64,000 nt of DNA, taken from NCBI GenBank assembly GCA_951406725.2, contig OX597816.1, positions 169,446,001 through 169,510,000 on the forward strand, written 5' to 3'. Positions within the stretch are counted from its first letter, which is position 1, and every line of letters starts with the position of its first letter. Under the pieces are notes generated by a model, which was not told the origin of the DNA, did no database searches, and was given only the letters and a program-made list of their open reading frames with translations. Positions 1 through 15,463 of the stretch are shown one piece after another. The stretch comes from Octopus vulgaris. Taxonomy: Eukaryota. A program made the translations under genes and the position numbers.

Positions 1-527
1 TATATGTGTGATTTGATGAGGGCCGCTTGAAGTTTACGCAGCCAAGCTAGTATTCTTTGATAATATTTATATAATAATTACATCAATATTCAGGTGTCTG
101 GGCAAATCTAAAATAAAATAGGTGAGTATAGCAGAATATTAGAAAGTAGTGAAAGGCATAAAAGTTCGATTCGATATTAACGCTAACCAAACATTCATGT
201 ACCGACTCTCATGAAAACTTTCCTAAAAATATATATTAGTCGGGAAATTTTATAAAAAACATTTTAAAGGCATTGAAATACAGCAGAGATGCTATCAATG
301 AGCACGTTATTAATATATTTTGATGTAGGCATATAAGATATGTGGGCTTTTCTTTTTTTTAAATTGATTCCTGCATATTTCTGATTTATATATTTTTTTC
401 AGCTACAGAAAGATGAAAAACAAAGCACAGTTGGGCAGACTTCAAATTACAGAGAGATAGAAGTAAATACTGCAAACCATCCTCCATTCCAGTAGCATTT
501 CTACCAACACTTTTCTCTTAGTAATTA

Positions 528-926
528 CTTGCAGTATCGCCCGGCGTTGCTCGGGTTTGTAAGGGAAATAACTATATAAGCATTTTTAGAGAGTTATAGC
601 TAAAAGATAGCAAAAAAATGCATTAAAAATGGGAAAAAAATTATGGTAATTTTTTTTTAAATCGTTGACTCATCGTAGACATTTTTAGAGTTACTTCCCT
701 TATATAATAGCGAAAAAAATGCATTAAAATGGAAAAAAATGATGGTAATTTTTTTTTTTAAATCGTAGACTCATTGTAGACGCGCGATAATACCCAGAAG
801 GGCTCGATATGAATCACGACTATAAGATACCCGGTTTTGGTTAAACTGCACCGCAAAATGTGGGAGTAGTTAGGAATCTAAATCGTAGGAGACAGACACA
901 CAACTTCACTTTTATATATATAAAGA
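528..926 (-). mobile_element. Non-autonomous Helitron-like element (copy 1)
   Basis: The reverse complement begins TCTTTATATATATAAAA and ends with the hairpin CCCGAGCAACGCCGGG then CGATACTG-CAAG (CTAG in the other copies). Homologous to 39780-40292 and 40466-40865. Confidence 0.75.
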
Positions 927-1322
927 TTTCTAACCTAAGCTTATGGTCTCAAAACAAGAACAATATTGACACACAATACCACTTTGATAGATTTAAGATG
1001 GATTCAATACGTTTATGAAAGGTTTCAGAATATTTCTATGACCAAAGCTAGTGCCATATAGGTTTCTTGTTAGTTTTAAGAGAAGCATCAACGTCCATTA
1101 ATTTTCCAGCCTTTCCACAGTAATTAACGAATCTGCTCATGCGAGATTAACTTAATCAAGGGTTACTATTGAAGTTAACACTTTTAATATTTATTCTTTA
1201 ACAGTTGAAGGTTAATAACAGAAGTAAAACTGAATGAAAGAGTTAAAATTCTAAAGGAACACATTCCAGTAAAGGCAGGAATTAAAGGTAAGGTGTAGCA
1301 TGAGAATTAGAAGATAAGAATA

Positions 1323-1487
1323 GGCGCAGGAGTGGCTGTGTGGTAAGTAGCTTGCTAACCAACCACATGGTTCCGGGTTCAGTCCCACTGCGTGGCATCT
1401 TGGACAAGTGTCTTCTGATATAGCCCCGGGCCGACCAATGCCTTGTGAGTGGATTTGGTAGACGGAAACTGAAAGAAGCCTGTCGTA

Positions 1488-1536
<49 letters not shown>

Positions 1537-1761
1537 ATGTGTTTGTGTGTCTGTGTTTGTCCCCCTAGCATTGCTTGACAACCGATGCTGGTGTGTTTAC
1601 CTGCCCGTTACTTAGCGGTTCGGCAAAAGAGACCGATAGAATAAGTACTAGGCTTACAAAAGAATAAGTCCCGGGGTCGAGTTGCTCGATTTAAGGCAGT
1701 GCTCCAGCATGGCCGCAGTCAAATGACTGAAACAAGCAAAAGAGAGAAAAGAGTAAAGAGT
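1323..1761 (+). mobile_element. tRNA-derived SINE, family A, with internal (TA)n(TG)n
   Basis: Head GGCGCAGGAGTGGCTGTGTGGTAAG with B-box-like GGTTCAGTCCC and tail GACTGAAACAAG(T)AAAAGAG. About 10 full or partial copies in the window. Confidence 0.85.
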
Positions 1762-1975
1762 GGGGGAGTGTTTGCCAGTTGTTCATTCCTAGATCAGCTC
1801 TGATCAAACAGACACATGATCAAAGGCATTTCGTTTAAGACTTGACTGTGTTTAATACTTTTTCAAGCATCGTGTATCAAGCTCTATACTGATGCAATAT
1901 CTTTTAAAACGGGAAGTTATTCATTTGAGTGACAAAGCAAAGTTTTTTCGCGACGGAAAAATACATTATTGCGTA

Positions 1976-2375
1976 GGCGTAGGAGTGGCTGTGTGGTTTG
2001 TAGCTTGCTTACCAACCAATGGTTCCAGGTTCAGTCCTACTGCGTGGCACCTTGGACAAGTGTCTTCTGCTACAGCCTCGGGCCGACCAAAGCCTAGTGA
2101 GTGGATTTGGTAGACGGAAACTGAAAGAAGCCCGTCGTATATATGTTTATATATATGTAAATGTGTATATATGTTTGTGTGTCTGTGTTTGTCCCCCCAA
2201 CATCGTTTGACAACCGATGCTTTGTGTTTACGTCCCCGTAACTTAACGGTTCGGCAAAACAGACCGCTAGAATAAGTACTGGGCTTACAAAAGAATAAGT
2301 CCCGGAGTCGATTTGCTCGACTAAAGGCGGTGCTCCAGCGTGGCCACAGTCAAATGGCTGACACAAGTAAAAGAG
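1976..2375 (+). mobile_element. SINE family A
   Basis: Aligns by eye end to end with 1323-1761. Confidence 0.85.
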
Positions 2376-3219
2376 TGTATATCTGAGAGGCGTACTATAT
2401 CATGTAGGTAAAGAAATTCATGTTTTGTAGTCATAAAAACACACTATGTTGTCTACAATGAAAGAAATACAATATTGTGAAAAAGTAGTTGTATACTGTC
2501 AACTTAATGTGACAGTCCCATGAATGGAGTCATAGAACTGCTATTTAGCCCTAGCAGGCAGCAACGCTTCCTGTTGGTCTTGACACATTTCCCGTGTCCT
2601 TATGTTTGCAAGGGGGAGACAAGCACCACCACCCAGCTATATTGTGTAGAACTGAAAAATACACTAAACTGAGAGTTATTATATACAACGGCCATACGTT
2701 CTGTAATAAATAATGCTATGTTATAGAAATTTTCAGTAAATATGTACTCGATGTTGTTGCACAAACCTCATCAAAGGCAGGCACCTATTATCAGAGACAT
2801 TCTAGCCGATAATATCTAGTCAATTTATCTATTCGGGTCTACACTAATTCTTGTGTTCTCCGTTACTTAAGACGGTTATATATGATTTGGAAGAAATGAT
2901 TTTATTTGTTTTTAGTGCGCGTGGATCTAGCGGCAAAGGTTTTTGGCTCGAAATCAAAATATTGGGATTTCAGTTTCTGGATTTCGTTTTTATTTCATGA
3001 AGTTTATGCTATTGTTGTTGTTATTGTTGCTGTCATTGTTGTTTAGTTCCAGGTCACCTATGGCTGAGCAAACCTATGATCAAATATATCTTAGCTACTG
3101 TAGTTCTGTCAATGAACCGTATAGAGGCTTCCTCATTACTTCATGATGTGTTAATAACTGACGAATTAAGATATTTGGTTTTAATATACTTCAAAATATG
3201 GTTTAAACTATTGCAACAG

Positions 3220-3435
3220 GTTTGTTACTGCTGGAGAACGAAGCTGCGAAACAAAATGTATGCCTGAACAGCTTGTCCATACAAGCTCATAGGAACAGCA
3301 GTATAGACGAAAAATCAATTCGGAACGCCCTTGATAAACTTAACGAAGATGATCGCGTCAAAGTTGTCATAGTATTTATGCTTCCTGGAGAGGCGCAGAA
3401 ACTGTTTGTGGAAGTATCGAGAAAGAATATAACTG
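3220..3435 (+). CDS. Class C GPCR, internal exon (Venus flytrap domain)
   Basis: Acceptor CAG (3217-3219) and donor GTAAG (3436). Encodes LLLLENEAAKQNVCLNSLSI...VKVVIVFM...LFVEVSRKNITG, matching the class C 'A..NICIA...VVIVF...LF...ITG' segment. Phase 1, joins in frame to 21497. Confidence 0.85.
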
Positions 3436-4132
3436 GTAAGTACAAAAGTAATTTAATATACAACCAATCATTATGACATATTTTACTATTAGCATAAGCA
3501 GCGATTTGGCAGGGTTGTTAGAGCGTCGTTTTGAATGCTTTGCGTTCTGAGGTTAAACCCCGCCGAATTAAATTTTGCTCTTTGGTAAAGTCTATTTTCT
3601 CTGGACTGCATTTTCAGGTCGGTCTTATTGTGTTACGGCGATTTGGCTGAACGTTGCTTTAATTGTACATGTGTCTATAGAATGCGCTGCCGCTTATATA
3701 TCCATTTCATGTGTAGGAACTTGGATGTTTGAACAACTAAATGCTCACCATCGAGAATGGCAGAGAACCTTTCATCGGTTGGATAGTTTTGGGAGTAGAG
3801 GAGATGATCTAGAACATATAGCGAGTGTATAGTGCCAGCAGTGCATCTAATATATAAGCAACATTCTTTCAGGTGTCGCAGCAACACTTTATAGAGAATC
3901 AACTATTAATCTGGGCTGGAAAAGAAAATGACTTAGAGATACAGTTATTTACGTACGGGGAAGGCATTTAGAGATCGCCACGAATTGTTTAGTTGTATAT
4001 GTTCAAACTTTAAGACAGTGTTTTACATGATTATTTCCTTGACATGCACTGTGATTTAAATTTGCACCATTGAAAACTTTCTGTGGCCATGTCTCTGTTA
4101 ATGGTCTCTGTCGCTGGAGTCTATCTTTGATA

Positions 4133-4515
4133 TGGATGGAAGCACTCCGTCGGTTACGACGACGAGGGTTCTGGTTGATCCGATCAACGGAACAGCCTGC
4201 TCGTGAAATTAACGTGTAAGTGGCTGAGCACTCCACAGACACGTGTACCCTTACCGTAGTTCTCGAGGAGATTCAGCGTCACACAGAGAGTGACGCTGGC
4301 CCCTTTGAAATACAGGTACAACAGAAACAGGAAGTAAGAGTGAGAGAAAGTTGTGGTGAAAGAGTACAGCAGGGATCACCACCTTCCCTGCCGGAGCCTC
4401 GTGGAGCTTTAGGTGTTTTCGCTCAATAAACACTCACAACGCCCGGTCTGGGAATCGAAACCACGATCCTACGACCGCGAGTCCGCTGCCCTAACCACTG
4501 GGCCATTGCGCCTCC
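4133..4515 (-). mobile_element. tRNA-derived SINE, family C
   Basis: Minus-strand head GGAGGCGCAATGGCCCAGTGGTTAGGGCAGCGG...GGTTTCGATTCCC; flanking direct repeat ATCTTTGATA. Second copy at 42914-43300. Confidence 0.85.
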
Positions 4516-5269
4516 ACATCTTTGATATATGTGTAGACTGTTTATATATGTCACGTTTGAGATTTCCATGTCATGTGGATTCATTGTCCAAGACAGTCTA
4601 CTTTGGTCATGTTTGTAAACACATGACATTTTAAAATCTTAAATATTTAGATGCAGCAACAAACGTGCTTGTACGTGTTATCATTCAGTTAATCGTTATA
4701 ACATTATTAAAATAATCCTCTTAATATACACACGCATTCACACACACACACATATATATATGAAAAACAGGATAAAAATGTTTGTCAAATGTTGGTTTTA
4801 TTTTCACCGGGCTTATACGGATTAGATCGAGCACTAAGGAATATCGACAGACTTTGTCTACAAGTGTAAATTCATTGTAGAGCTTTGGACTAAATGCTAA
4901 TGAGAATATTAACAAAGGTAACTTATGCTGCTGCTGTTAATGACGATGATGGCGACAACAATATCAGTGCTGTCAATGACGATGATGAGTGTCGAAAAGT
5001 TGTCTGGTAATGACAGTGACAAATGTCACCTGCTGAATAATCAGATTTTCTTGAGCTGTTGAAAGTAAACAGGTGTAGAGAAGCTAAGATATATTTCGGT
5101 AAAATTCAAAATCTAGTAACAATCCAGTATAAACACATTTCTGACTCGACACTAGAAACTCTTAAAAGTTTAATAAACGTAATGTATAATGTGTTGTTTC
5201 TCCATCTCTCGGAGAACGTTTCTAGAATGGTCTCTTCTTTGTACTAGTGTTACTTCTGTAATAGAGACA

Positions 5270-5303
<34 letters not shown>

Positions 5304-5396
5304 ACTCCTTTCTACCATAGGCACCAGACCTGGAATGTTGTGGGAGAGGAATAATTGACAGTATCGACCCTACTGCTTGGTTGGTACTTATTTTAT

Positions 5397-5947
5397 CGGC
5401 GAGCTGGCAGAATCGTAAGCGCCCCAGGTGAAATGCTTAGCGGCATTTTGTCTGCCGTTACGTTCTGAGTTCAAATTCCGCCGAGGTCGACTTTGCCTTT
5501 CATCCTTTCGGGGTCGATAAATTAAGTACGAGTTACGCACTAGGGTCGATGTAATCGACTTAATACCTATGTCTGTCCTTGTTTGTCCCATCTGTGTTTA
5601 GCCCCTTTGTGGGTAATAAAGAAATAGAAATAGGTATTTCGTCTGTCGTTACGTTCTGAGTTCAAATTCTGCCGAGGTCGACTTTGCCTTTCATCCTTTC
5701 GGGGTCGATTAAATAAGTACCAGTTACGCACTGGGGTCGATATATAATCGACTTAATCCGTTTGTGTGTCCTTGTTTGTCCTCTCTGTGTTTAGCCCCTT
5801 GTGGGTAGTAAAGAAATAGGTACTTATTTCATCGGTCCCAACATAGGAACGGCAAAACCGGCCTCTGTGAAATTTGAACGTAAGGTGAGGGAAATGACAT
5901 TAAGCATTTTGTACGGCGTGCTAACGATTCTGCCAGCTCGCCGCCTT
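5397..5947 (+). mobile_element. SINE family B cluster (full copy, tandem partial copy, inverted 5' fragment)
   Basis: GGCGAGCTGGCAGAA...GAGTTCAAATTCCGCCGAGGTCGAC...AAAGAAATAG, with the 3' part repeated, followed by an inverted head (CTGCCAGCTCGCCGCC). Confidence 0.8.
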
Positions 5948-6061
5948 TATAATATTGAGAATCCTTTTTACTACAAGCGCAAGGTTTCAAATTTGGAGGA
6001 GGGGACAGTCGACTCCAGTGTCACTTTGATGGCATGCACTGCTCTCTCACTCAATGATAAT

Positions 6062-7290
6062 CTCTGAAGTCCCTGTTTTTCGCATAGTTTCCAATGTAGT
6101 CCTTTCGCTACCTGATCGTGTCGCCACAACTTGTAGCGGTTTTGGGCAAGGCTAGGGCATTCGTTTGTGATATGAGCAATGGTTTCATCCACTCTATTAC
6201 AGACGCAGCACAGCGGAGACACTTGCCCGTCCCAAAGGTTGACCCTCCAGTTCGTGGCCAAAGTTTGGTCTTGCGCTGCTATTATAGTGCTCTCCGTCTC
6301 GTTTTTTAGTGTTCATTTCTTCAACCAATCACATCTACTTTCTCCTTGTTGCGTAATTCTTCTTCATCTCCATTTTGTACTTCTTCCTTTGTTTTTCTTT
6401 TTATTCTCTGCTTTCAAAACTCCCTCGTTCCTAACTGACACTAACAAGGTTTCCTTACTTTGGGTTAGGTATTTCATTAAGCTCCCGAAGTCGATACGTA
6501 CGCAGTCTCCTACATTTATCAGTCCTCTTCCTCCATTTGCTCTCTTCGTGTATAGGTGGGCTCCATGCATCGTTAGGAGCTTTCTTGACCTCCTGTCCAT
6601 CTCCTTCAGCTCTTACTGTGTCCACCTCAGGACTCCAACACCATACCGAACTAATGTGACTGCGCGCGAGTTTATTGCCGAAACGGCATTCAGCTTTGAA
6701 GCAGTAGTTTTCTCACTCACCGCAGGTACTCTTTTTTTGCCTTTTCATTCATGTCGTGTTTAATTCCATCTGCTTCAAGTATTCCCAGGTATTCATAGGC
6801 GGATTTCTTTCATCATTTCACCACTAGGCAATCCTATGCCTTCTGTCCTGACAAGCTTTGCTCGTCTCGTCACCATCGTAGCACATTTTGAGAGCCCAAA
6901 CTCCATCTTAATACCATTAGAGAAAATCTGCACAGACTGAAGTTAGGCTGTCCGGTTCTGCCTCACATTTTGTGAGTCGTCCGTAAATGGCAAGTGGTTC
7001 AGTTTTCCCTTACCACTTCCCAAGTCAAACCACAATTTTGTTTTCTGTAGTTTTAAATTCAAGGGGATCATTCCCAGCAAAAAGATCAATAGGGACACAC
7101 TGTTCCCCTGGAATATTCCTCTCTTGATTTTCACTTCTCCTAATACTTGAATTCCTGCTGTCAATTCCGTTCTCCACCATTTCATAAGGCTCCAAATAAT
7201 ATTTCTGTTTTTCTGCTTCTCCATACATTTCCATTGTTCATTTTATCCTAGAGTGTGGTATCATATCGTATGCTTTTTGATAGTCAACCT
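6062..7290 (-). pseudogene. R4/Dong-type non-LTR retrotransposon fragment (RT plus CCHC knuckle), degraded
   Basis: Minus-strand frames give IKRGIFQGNSVSLLIF, LNHLPFTDD, GGRGLINV and CCVCNRVDETIAHITNECPSLAQNRYKLWRHDQVA, with frameshifts. Confidence 0.85.
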
Positions 7291-7304
7291 ATGCCATTAT
7301 TATT

Positions 7305-7610
7305 ATTGAATGAGAGAGCAGTGCATGCCATCAAAATGACATTGGGGTACAAATTTACGAAGCCCAGTATACCCATCATGAATACCCGTCTTATAAGGGT
7401 ATACCAGACACATGCAGCACAAGCATCTGTGCACGACATGGTGATCTCATATCAAAATAAACAGCACATGACCTTGCAGGTGGGAACACATTTAGAACTT
7501 TTTCAGGCTACGTAGGCCATCTCGCTCAAAAGGTCCCAGATTAAGGGTTGTTTAACGATGATGGACAAAACAACCATGTTTCCAGAGGTGAATTATTCAA
7601 ACCTCAATCA
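7305..7610 (-). mobile_element. Family D non-coding repeat, partial
   Basis: Homologous to 8803-9360. Confidence 0.7.
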
Positions 7611-7829
7611 CTTGCCGAGACATACCCAGCATCCTAAGGCGAGTAAAAGATAAGAGGTGGTATAGTATGACTGAAAGCTTGGGGAGGGGGCGTGGTAGGA
7701 GCAATAGCAAACATTTAAATTGATAGAGTTTTTCTAAGGATGTGGGTAGCACAATCTTTTGCATTTCTCTAAGACATGGTTCTCCTTGGATATTATCTAG
7801 ATGTTTCTGACATACCTAGGGTACCTACA

Positions 7830-8554
<725 letters not shown>

Positions 8555-8769
8555 CAAGGCGACGGGCTAGCATAATCATTAGCACTCTGGACAGAATGCT
8601 TAGCGTTATTTCGCCAGTCGCTACATACTGAGTTCAAATTCCGCCTGAGGTCAACTTTAACTTACATCTTTTTGAAGTCGATAATATAAGTACCAGTTGA
8701 ACACTGGGATCGATGTAATCGACACATCGTCTCCCCCAAAATTGCTGCCCTTGTGGGAAAATTTGAAAC

Positions 8770-8802
<33 letters not shown>

Positions 8803-8803
<1 letters not shown>

Positions 8804-9356
8804 GAGTGAGAGAGCAGTTCATGCCATCAAAGTGACACTGGGGTAAAATATACGAAGCCCAATATACCCATCATGACTACCCGTCTGATAAGGATACATC
8901 AGGCACATGCATCACAACCATATGTGCGCGACATGGTGATCTCATATCAAGATAAACAGCACATGACTTTGCAGGTGGGGCCCAGTTAGAATTTTCTTCA
9001 GGTTGAGTAGCCCATCCCCCTCAAACGGTCCCTGAATAAGGGTTGTTTAAGGATGTTGAAAGAATCACCCTTGTTTCCAGAGGTGAACTATTCAAACCCC
9101 CAAAATCCCTCTCAACACATGGCTATGATGCTCCCCCACTACTTCTGCTCGTGATCAGAGATGCACATATCGTCAGCCACTAAGGGACATGCTCAACTGG
9201 TTATGGTCAAACAACTGACAAGCAAATCTGTGGTATTGAGCAGAATATTTGCTGTAGCCCATCTTTTATACCAAGACAAAACAATGTACATGATAACACT
9301 TCCAATCAGTTAAGATCAGAAGCCATGAGAGTCACTGCCTGGTACTGCATCAGGGC

Positions 9357-9360
<4 letters not shown>
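8803..9360 (-). mobile_element. Family D non-coding element inserted in (TTA)n
   Basis: About 560 bp, bounded by (TTA)n on both sides. Partial copies at 6012-6060, 7305-7610, 11700-12031 and 29355-29565. Orientation is inferred. Confidence 0.7.
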
Positions 9361-9455
<95 letters not shown>

Positions 9456-9721
9456 CATTACTTTTATTTCAACTTTGTTTCCTTTTCTTGCGAGTGCCTT
9501 CTCGACACACAGAGCAAAGAAACTCACTGTATACATTGGTAGGCCGTTAAAATACACACACAGGTTGTTCATTTACAAAGTCAAGAAATGTGATAGAAAA
9601 AGAGAAAAAGAAAAAAAAGAGGGGGGAAAAAGGAAAAATAAAAAGAAAAAATAGAGACAAAATGAAAAACAACAAAGTATTATTATCATTACTATTATTA
9701 TTATTATTATTATTATTATTA

Positions 9722-9800
<79 letters not shown>

Positions 9801-10741
9801 GATGGCGGCGAATTGGTAGAATCTTCAGCACGCTACGTCCTAAGTTCAAATTCTGCCTTTCACCCTTTCAGGGTCGATAAATTAAGTGCCAGTGAAACAC
9901 TGGGGTCGATGTAGTCGACTTCCCAAAAAATTGCTGGCCTTGTGCCAAAATTTGAAATCATTATTATTGCTCTTCTGAGCTGTAACGGCTCCATTTGGTG
10001 GTGATAATTAAGAAATGCTATTTGGATGGCTGTTGACTCCTCAGCGTTCATCCGCCCTTAAACAGGTTCTGTTTTCCCTCCTGCAGATTGACCAGATAAA
10101 ACACCCTCTTTACAGAGCAAGATCTGTTGGGTTGCCGGTCTATTCACCGACGGCTCGACATTTCTGATTCATTTCCACGACTTGAGTTATGGCGATTGTG
10201 AAGGGGTGAGTGTCACGTCCCTGACAAAGTTACGCAGACACATTTAGGGAAAGGAAGGAACAGAAAAGAAAGAAGATGAAAAGGGGAGAAAAAAGAGAAA
10301 GATAATATAAGAGCATGTATGCTTCTCTGTGCGAGAGCATAACTATAAATGGTGGGGGGTGGGAACGGTTGGCTGGTCGCATTGGTCACAAGTAAAAATA
10401 ATAAATCGTGTTGCTGAACGAAAGGCGAAAATTGGAAATCAGATAATCAAACATCTCTGTACTTGATTAAAGTATAGAATCGGGGAAATAACATCATTGT
10501 GACTAATCGAAAAATGTGAATATATACGCCAGTGATCAGTGAGGAAGCGAGAGAGAGAGATGAGAGGGGTTATTTTTCGCTCTACGTTTATCTATAAATA
10601 TATACGAGTGCGAGTAAGGGTGATGAACTGTGTAGTTGAATGAGAGAAGGAAATTGGAAAATCGTATAACCAAAAATTGCTGTGCTTGATTCAAGTCTAA
10701 GGTCAAAGACATAACATCGTACACACATACACGCACACTCA

Positions 10742-10809
<68 letters not shown>

Positions 10810-10878
10810 ATCTCTCTCACACACACACACGCACAGCAGTGATCAGTGTGGAGGTGTATTATCATTATTATTATTATT

Positions 10879-11135
10879 GTCTTTGCACAGCTTCTAGCGC
10901 TGGAGATGTACTACAGTGTCAGCTGCTCACTACCAGTGAATTTAAAGTAACACCCTCTTATTTTTCGAGCACCATCCGGAGTATGCGAGCGGTTCTAGAC
11001 AGTGCTGTTTTCTGCAAGCGCCCCATCCTTATTACAGCCCCTATTTGTTCCATGTACTTGTCAGGATTTGGGCTCACTATTCCTAGGGCTCCGACAATTA
11101 TTGGGTACTACTACAATTATCATATGCTACCGTCT
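10879..11135 (-). pseudogene. R4/Dong-type LINE 3' end (endonuclease C-terminus, 3' UTR, (AAT)n tail)
   Basis: Minus strand reads VVPIIVGALGIV...GRLQKTALSRTARILRMVLEK*, then a short UTR ending in AATAATAAT. Confidence 0.8.
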
Positions 11136-11295
11136 TAAAGAAAGAAGAACATGTCGGATCATGCAGTCATAGATACACTGTCTGAAATCCAGACACGATT
11201 GTGAGGTCCAGAACGCTTTTGGTGGAGTGCCTGTTCAATTACAGAGCTGACTGGGATTACATCATCATCATTGTTGTAGTCGTCACCGTAATACT

Positions 11296-11529
11296 TATTT
11301 CTTTACTAATCACAAGGGGCTAAACACAGAGAGGACAAACAAGGATAGACAAACGGATTAAGACGATTATATCGACGCCAGTGCGTAACTGGTACTTATT
11401 TAATCGACCCCGAAAGGATGAAAAGCAAAGTCGACCTCGGCGGAATTTGAACTCAGAACGTAGTGGCAAACGAAATACCGCTATGCATCTCGCCCGGCGC
11501 TGCTAACGCTTCTGCCAGCTCGTCGCCTT
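11296..11529 (-). mobile_element. SINE family B
   Basis: Reverse complement of the 14367-14599 copy. Confidence 0.85.
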
Positions 11530-11608
11530 TATACTACCTCTACCACCACCACTACTACTACTACTACCACTACTACTAGTAGTAGTAGTTGTAGTGCTGC
11601 TGCTGCTG

Positions 11609-11674
<66 letters not shown>

Positions 11675-12031
11675 ATAATAATAATAATAATAATAATTAT
11701 AAAGATGGGCTACAGCAAATATTCTACTCAATACCACAGATTTGCTTGTCAGTTGTTTGACCTTAACCAGTTGACCATGTCCCTTAGTTGTTGACGATAT
11801 GTGCATCTGTGATCACGAACAAAAGTAGTGGGGGAGCATCATGGCTAATGTGTCGAGAGGAAGTTTTGTGGGGTTTGGATAATTCACCACTGGAAACATG
11901 GGTGTTTCGTTCAACATCCTTAAACAACCCTTATTCAGCAACCTTTTGAGCGGGATGGGGTACTCGATCTAAATAAAATTCTAACTGGGCCTCACCTGCA
12001 AAGTCATGCGCTGCTTATCTTGATATGAGAT

Positions 12032-12425
12032 CCCTTCAGAGAGTGGCGGAGTCGGAGAGTAGCAAAATTTTCTGGGATTTCCAATCTGATCAGGTGCTAG
12101 AGCAATCAGACCAAGTGGTGATCGACAAGATGCGCCACATGTGCTACATAGTTGGCGCTGCATTCCCCTTTGAGCTATGCATAGTCGAGAAGGAATACGA
12201 AAAAAATATATAAATACAACCCTCTTAAATAAGAAATAACCCGGCTATGGAAAATGATGAAGGTAAAAATAGTGACAATTGTTGTTGGGTCCTTGGGCAC
12301 AGTACCAGAAGGCATCAAAAGAAATATAAGGGAAATGTGAATAGAGTGTCCAGTAGAACTGTTACCAAAGGTTTGCCTCCTTGACAAGGTCAGAATAATC
12401 AGGAAAGTATTAAATAGCTGAAAAG
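12032..12425 (+). pseudogene. R4/Dong-type restriction-like endonuclease fragment
   Basis: KIFWDFQSDQVLEQSDQVVIDK...FPFE...EKEYEK..KY...IVVGSLGTVP, a degraded PD-(D/E)xK region with stops. Confidence 0.75.
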
Positions 12426-12879
12426 AACGGATAGCGTGGTACCGTAGGCTGCAGGTAGCAAGCCCGCTATGCATGCAAGACTCCGAGAGTTCAAAAAAAG
12501 AAATGATGATGATGATGACGACGACGGTGACAAGGACGACGACAACAACACCTGCACCAACAACAGCACCAACAGCAATAATGATAATAAAGAATACCCC
12601 GAGCAAAAACCCCGACTGAAAACGCCTTCATGCGTATAAATCTACACGAAGAGAAGAGGGTCTCTGTAGTCTTGATTGGCAACTCTTTAGAGGTGGTGGT
12701 TGTGGCACGTCATCAATACGGCCCTCTTTGTGAGTGTAATACGAAATAAAAATCATCACAACTTCGTTCGTGAGACCCGAGCCCCAAGTGAAAACTTCTT
12801 GCACGGCAAGTGCTCCATAGTGCAGTAGAGTGGACCTGGCCATTATATAAATATTGTTACGTAGATTAGGAGAAAACAC

Positions 12880-14365
<1,486 letters not shown>

Positions 14366-14366
14366 A

Positions 14367-14599
14367 AGCGGCGAGCTGGCAGAAACGTTAGCACGCCGGG
14401 CGAAATGCTTAGCGGTATTTCGTCTGCCGTTACGTTCTGAGTTCAAATTCCGCCGAGGTCGACTATGCCTTTCATCCTTTCGGGGTCAATAAATTAAGTA
14501 CCAGTTACGCACTGGGGTCGATGTAATCGACTTAATACCCATGTCTGTCCTTGTTTGTCTCCTCTATGTTTAGCCCCTTGTGGGTAGTAAAGAAATAGG
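14367..14599 (+). mobile_element. SINE family B, young copy
   Basis: Full length; flanked by the direct repeat AGGTATAACAATCGA. Confidence 0.88.
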
Positions 14600-14629
14600 T
14601 ATAACAATCGAGGATAAGATTATTATAGC

Positions 14630-14945
14630 AAGCTTACAATCGTGAGAGTGTGAGTTCGATTTCTTGATCTGGCTGTGTGTTGTGCTCTTAAGTAGGACAC
14701 TTTATTTCACGTTGTGCTAGCTCACTCACCTGTAAAAATGAGTTGCAATATCACTCGTGCCGAGCGGTATCGGTCTTTGCTTTTCATCTTTGATAATATC
14801 GGTGGCGTGGTGAGAGGAGACTGGAACAATTTGAGAGTCGTTAATCTAGAAGACCTGTGTAATGACAAAGTGTCTTCTAATTCCCTCTACACTTAAGAAA
14901 GTTAATGAATTTCTCGGTAAGTATGCACTACATACAGCAATGAGC
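14630..14945 (+). repeat. Old tRNA-like SINE plus flank, duplicated at about 18290-18625
   Basis: Shares GAGTTCGATT, the body and the downstream sequence AATGAATTTCTCGGTAAGTAT..ACTACATACAGCA with the second copy. Confidence 0.65.
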
Positions 14946-15363
14946 TTATCGGGGATAAGAAAATAAAAGAGATGATTAAGAAAATGTCAGGCTGGAGATA
15001 CACTAGACCAGTTAGTGTCCAGGTTTTCTGACTTAAAAATCTCTCTCAAGTATACACAATTATATACGACCGTTTATTACTGACTGCATATAAAATGGAA
15101 CACCAACATGAATGGCAGATGGGAGGACAGTGTTGATACAGAAGAACAAAGAAAAGGGACTTATTACTTGTTACCTTTACTCTGGAAATTCTTAACTGGC
15201 CTGAGAGCAGATGAAATATATAATCTTCGCGGCAACAAATAAGATGTAGGAAGAAATCAAAGGGAACTGCTGATTTGCTATATATATATATATATATATA
15301 TACACTTTATTTGTTCCACGTCCTCGCGTTGCTGTTTTTTTTTGTGTTTTCTTGTTTGGATTA

Positions 15364-15463
<100 letters not shown>

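Noticed and set aside
90-470. Possible small exons (CAG|GTG...AG|GTGAGT at about 94-121; TTTCAG acceptor at about 402)
   Set aside because: Splice-like signals are present, but I see no class C similarity in the translation; unsupported without RNA data.
1892-1975. LSDKAKFFRD resembles the class C 'LSDK..Y..FFRT' motif, suggesting an upstream GPCR exon
   Set aside because: The spacing is wrong, no following motif or convincing splice sites are present, and it runs straight into a SINE.
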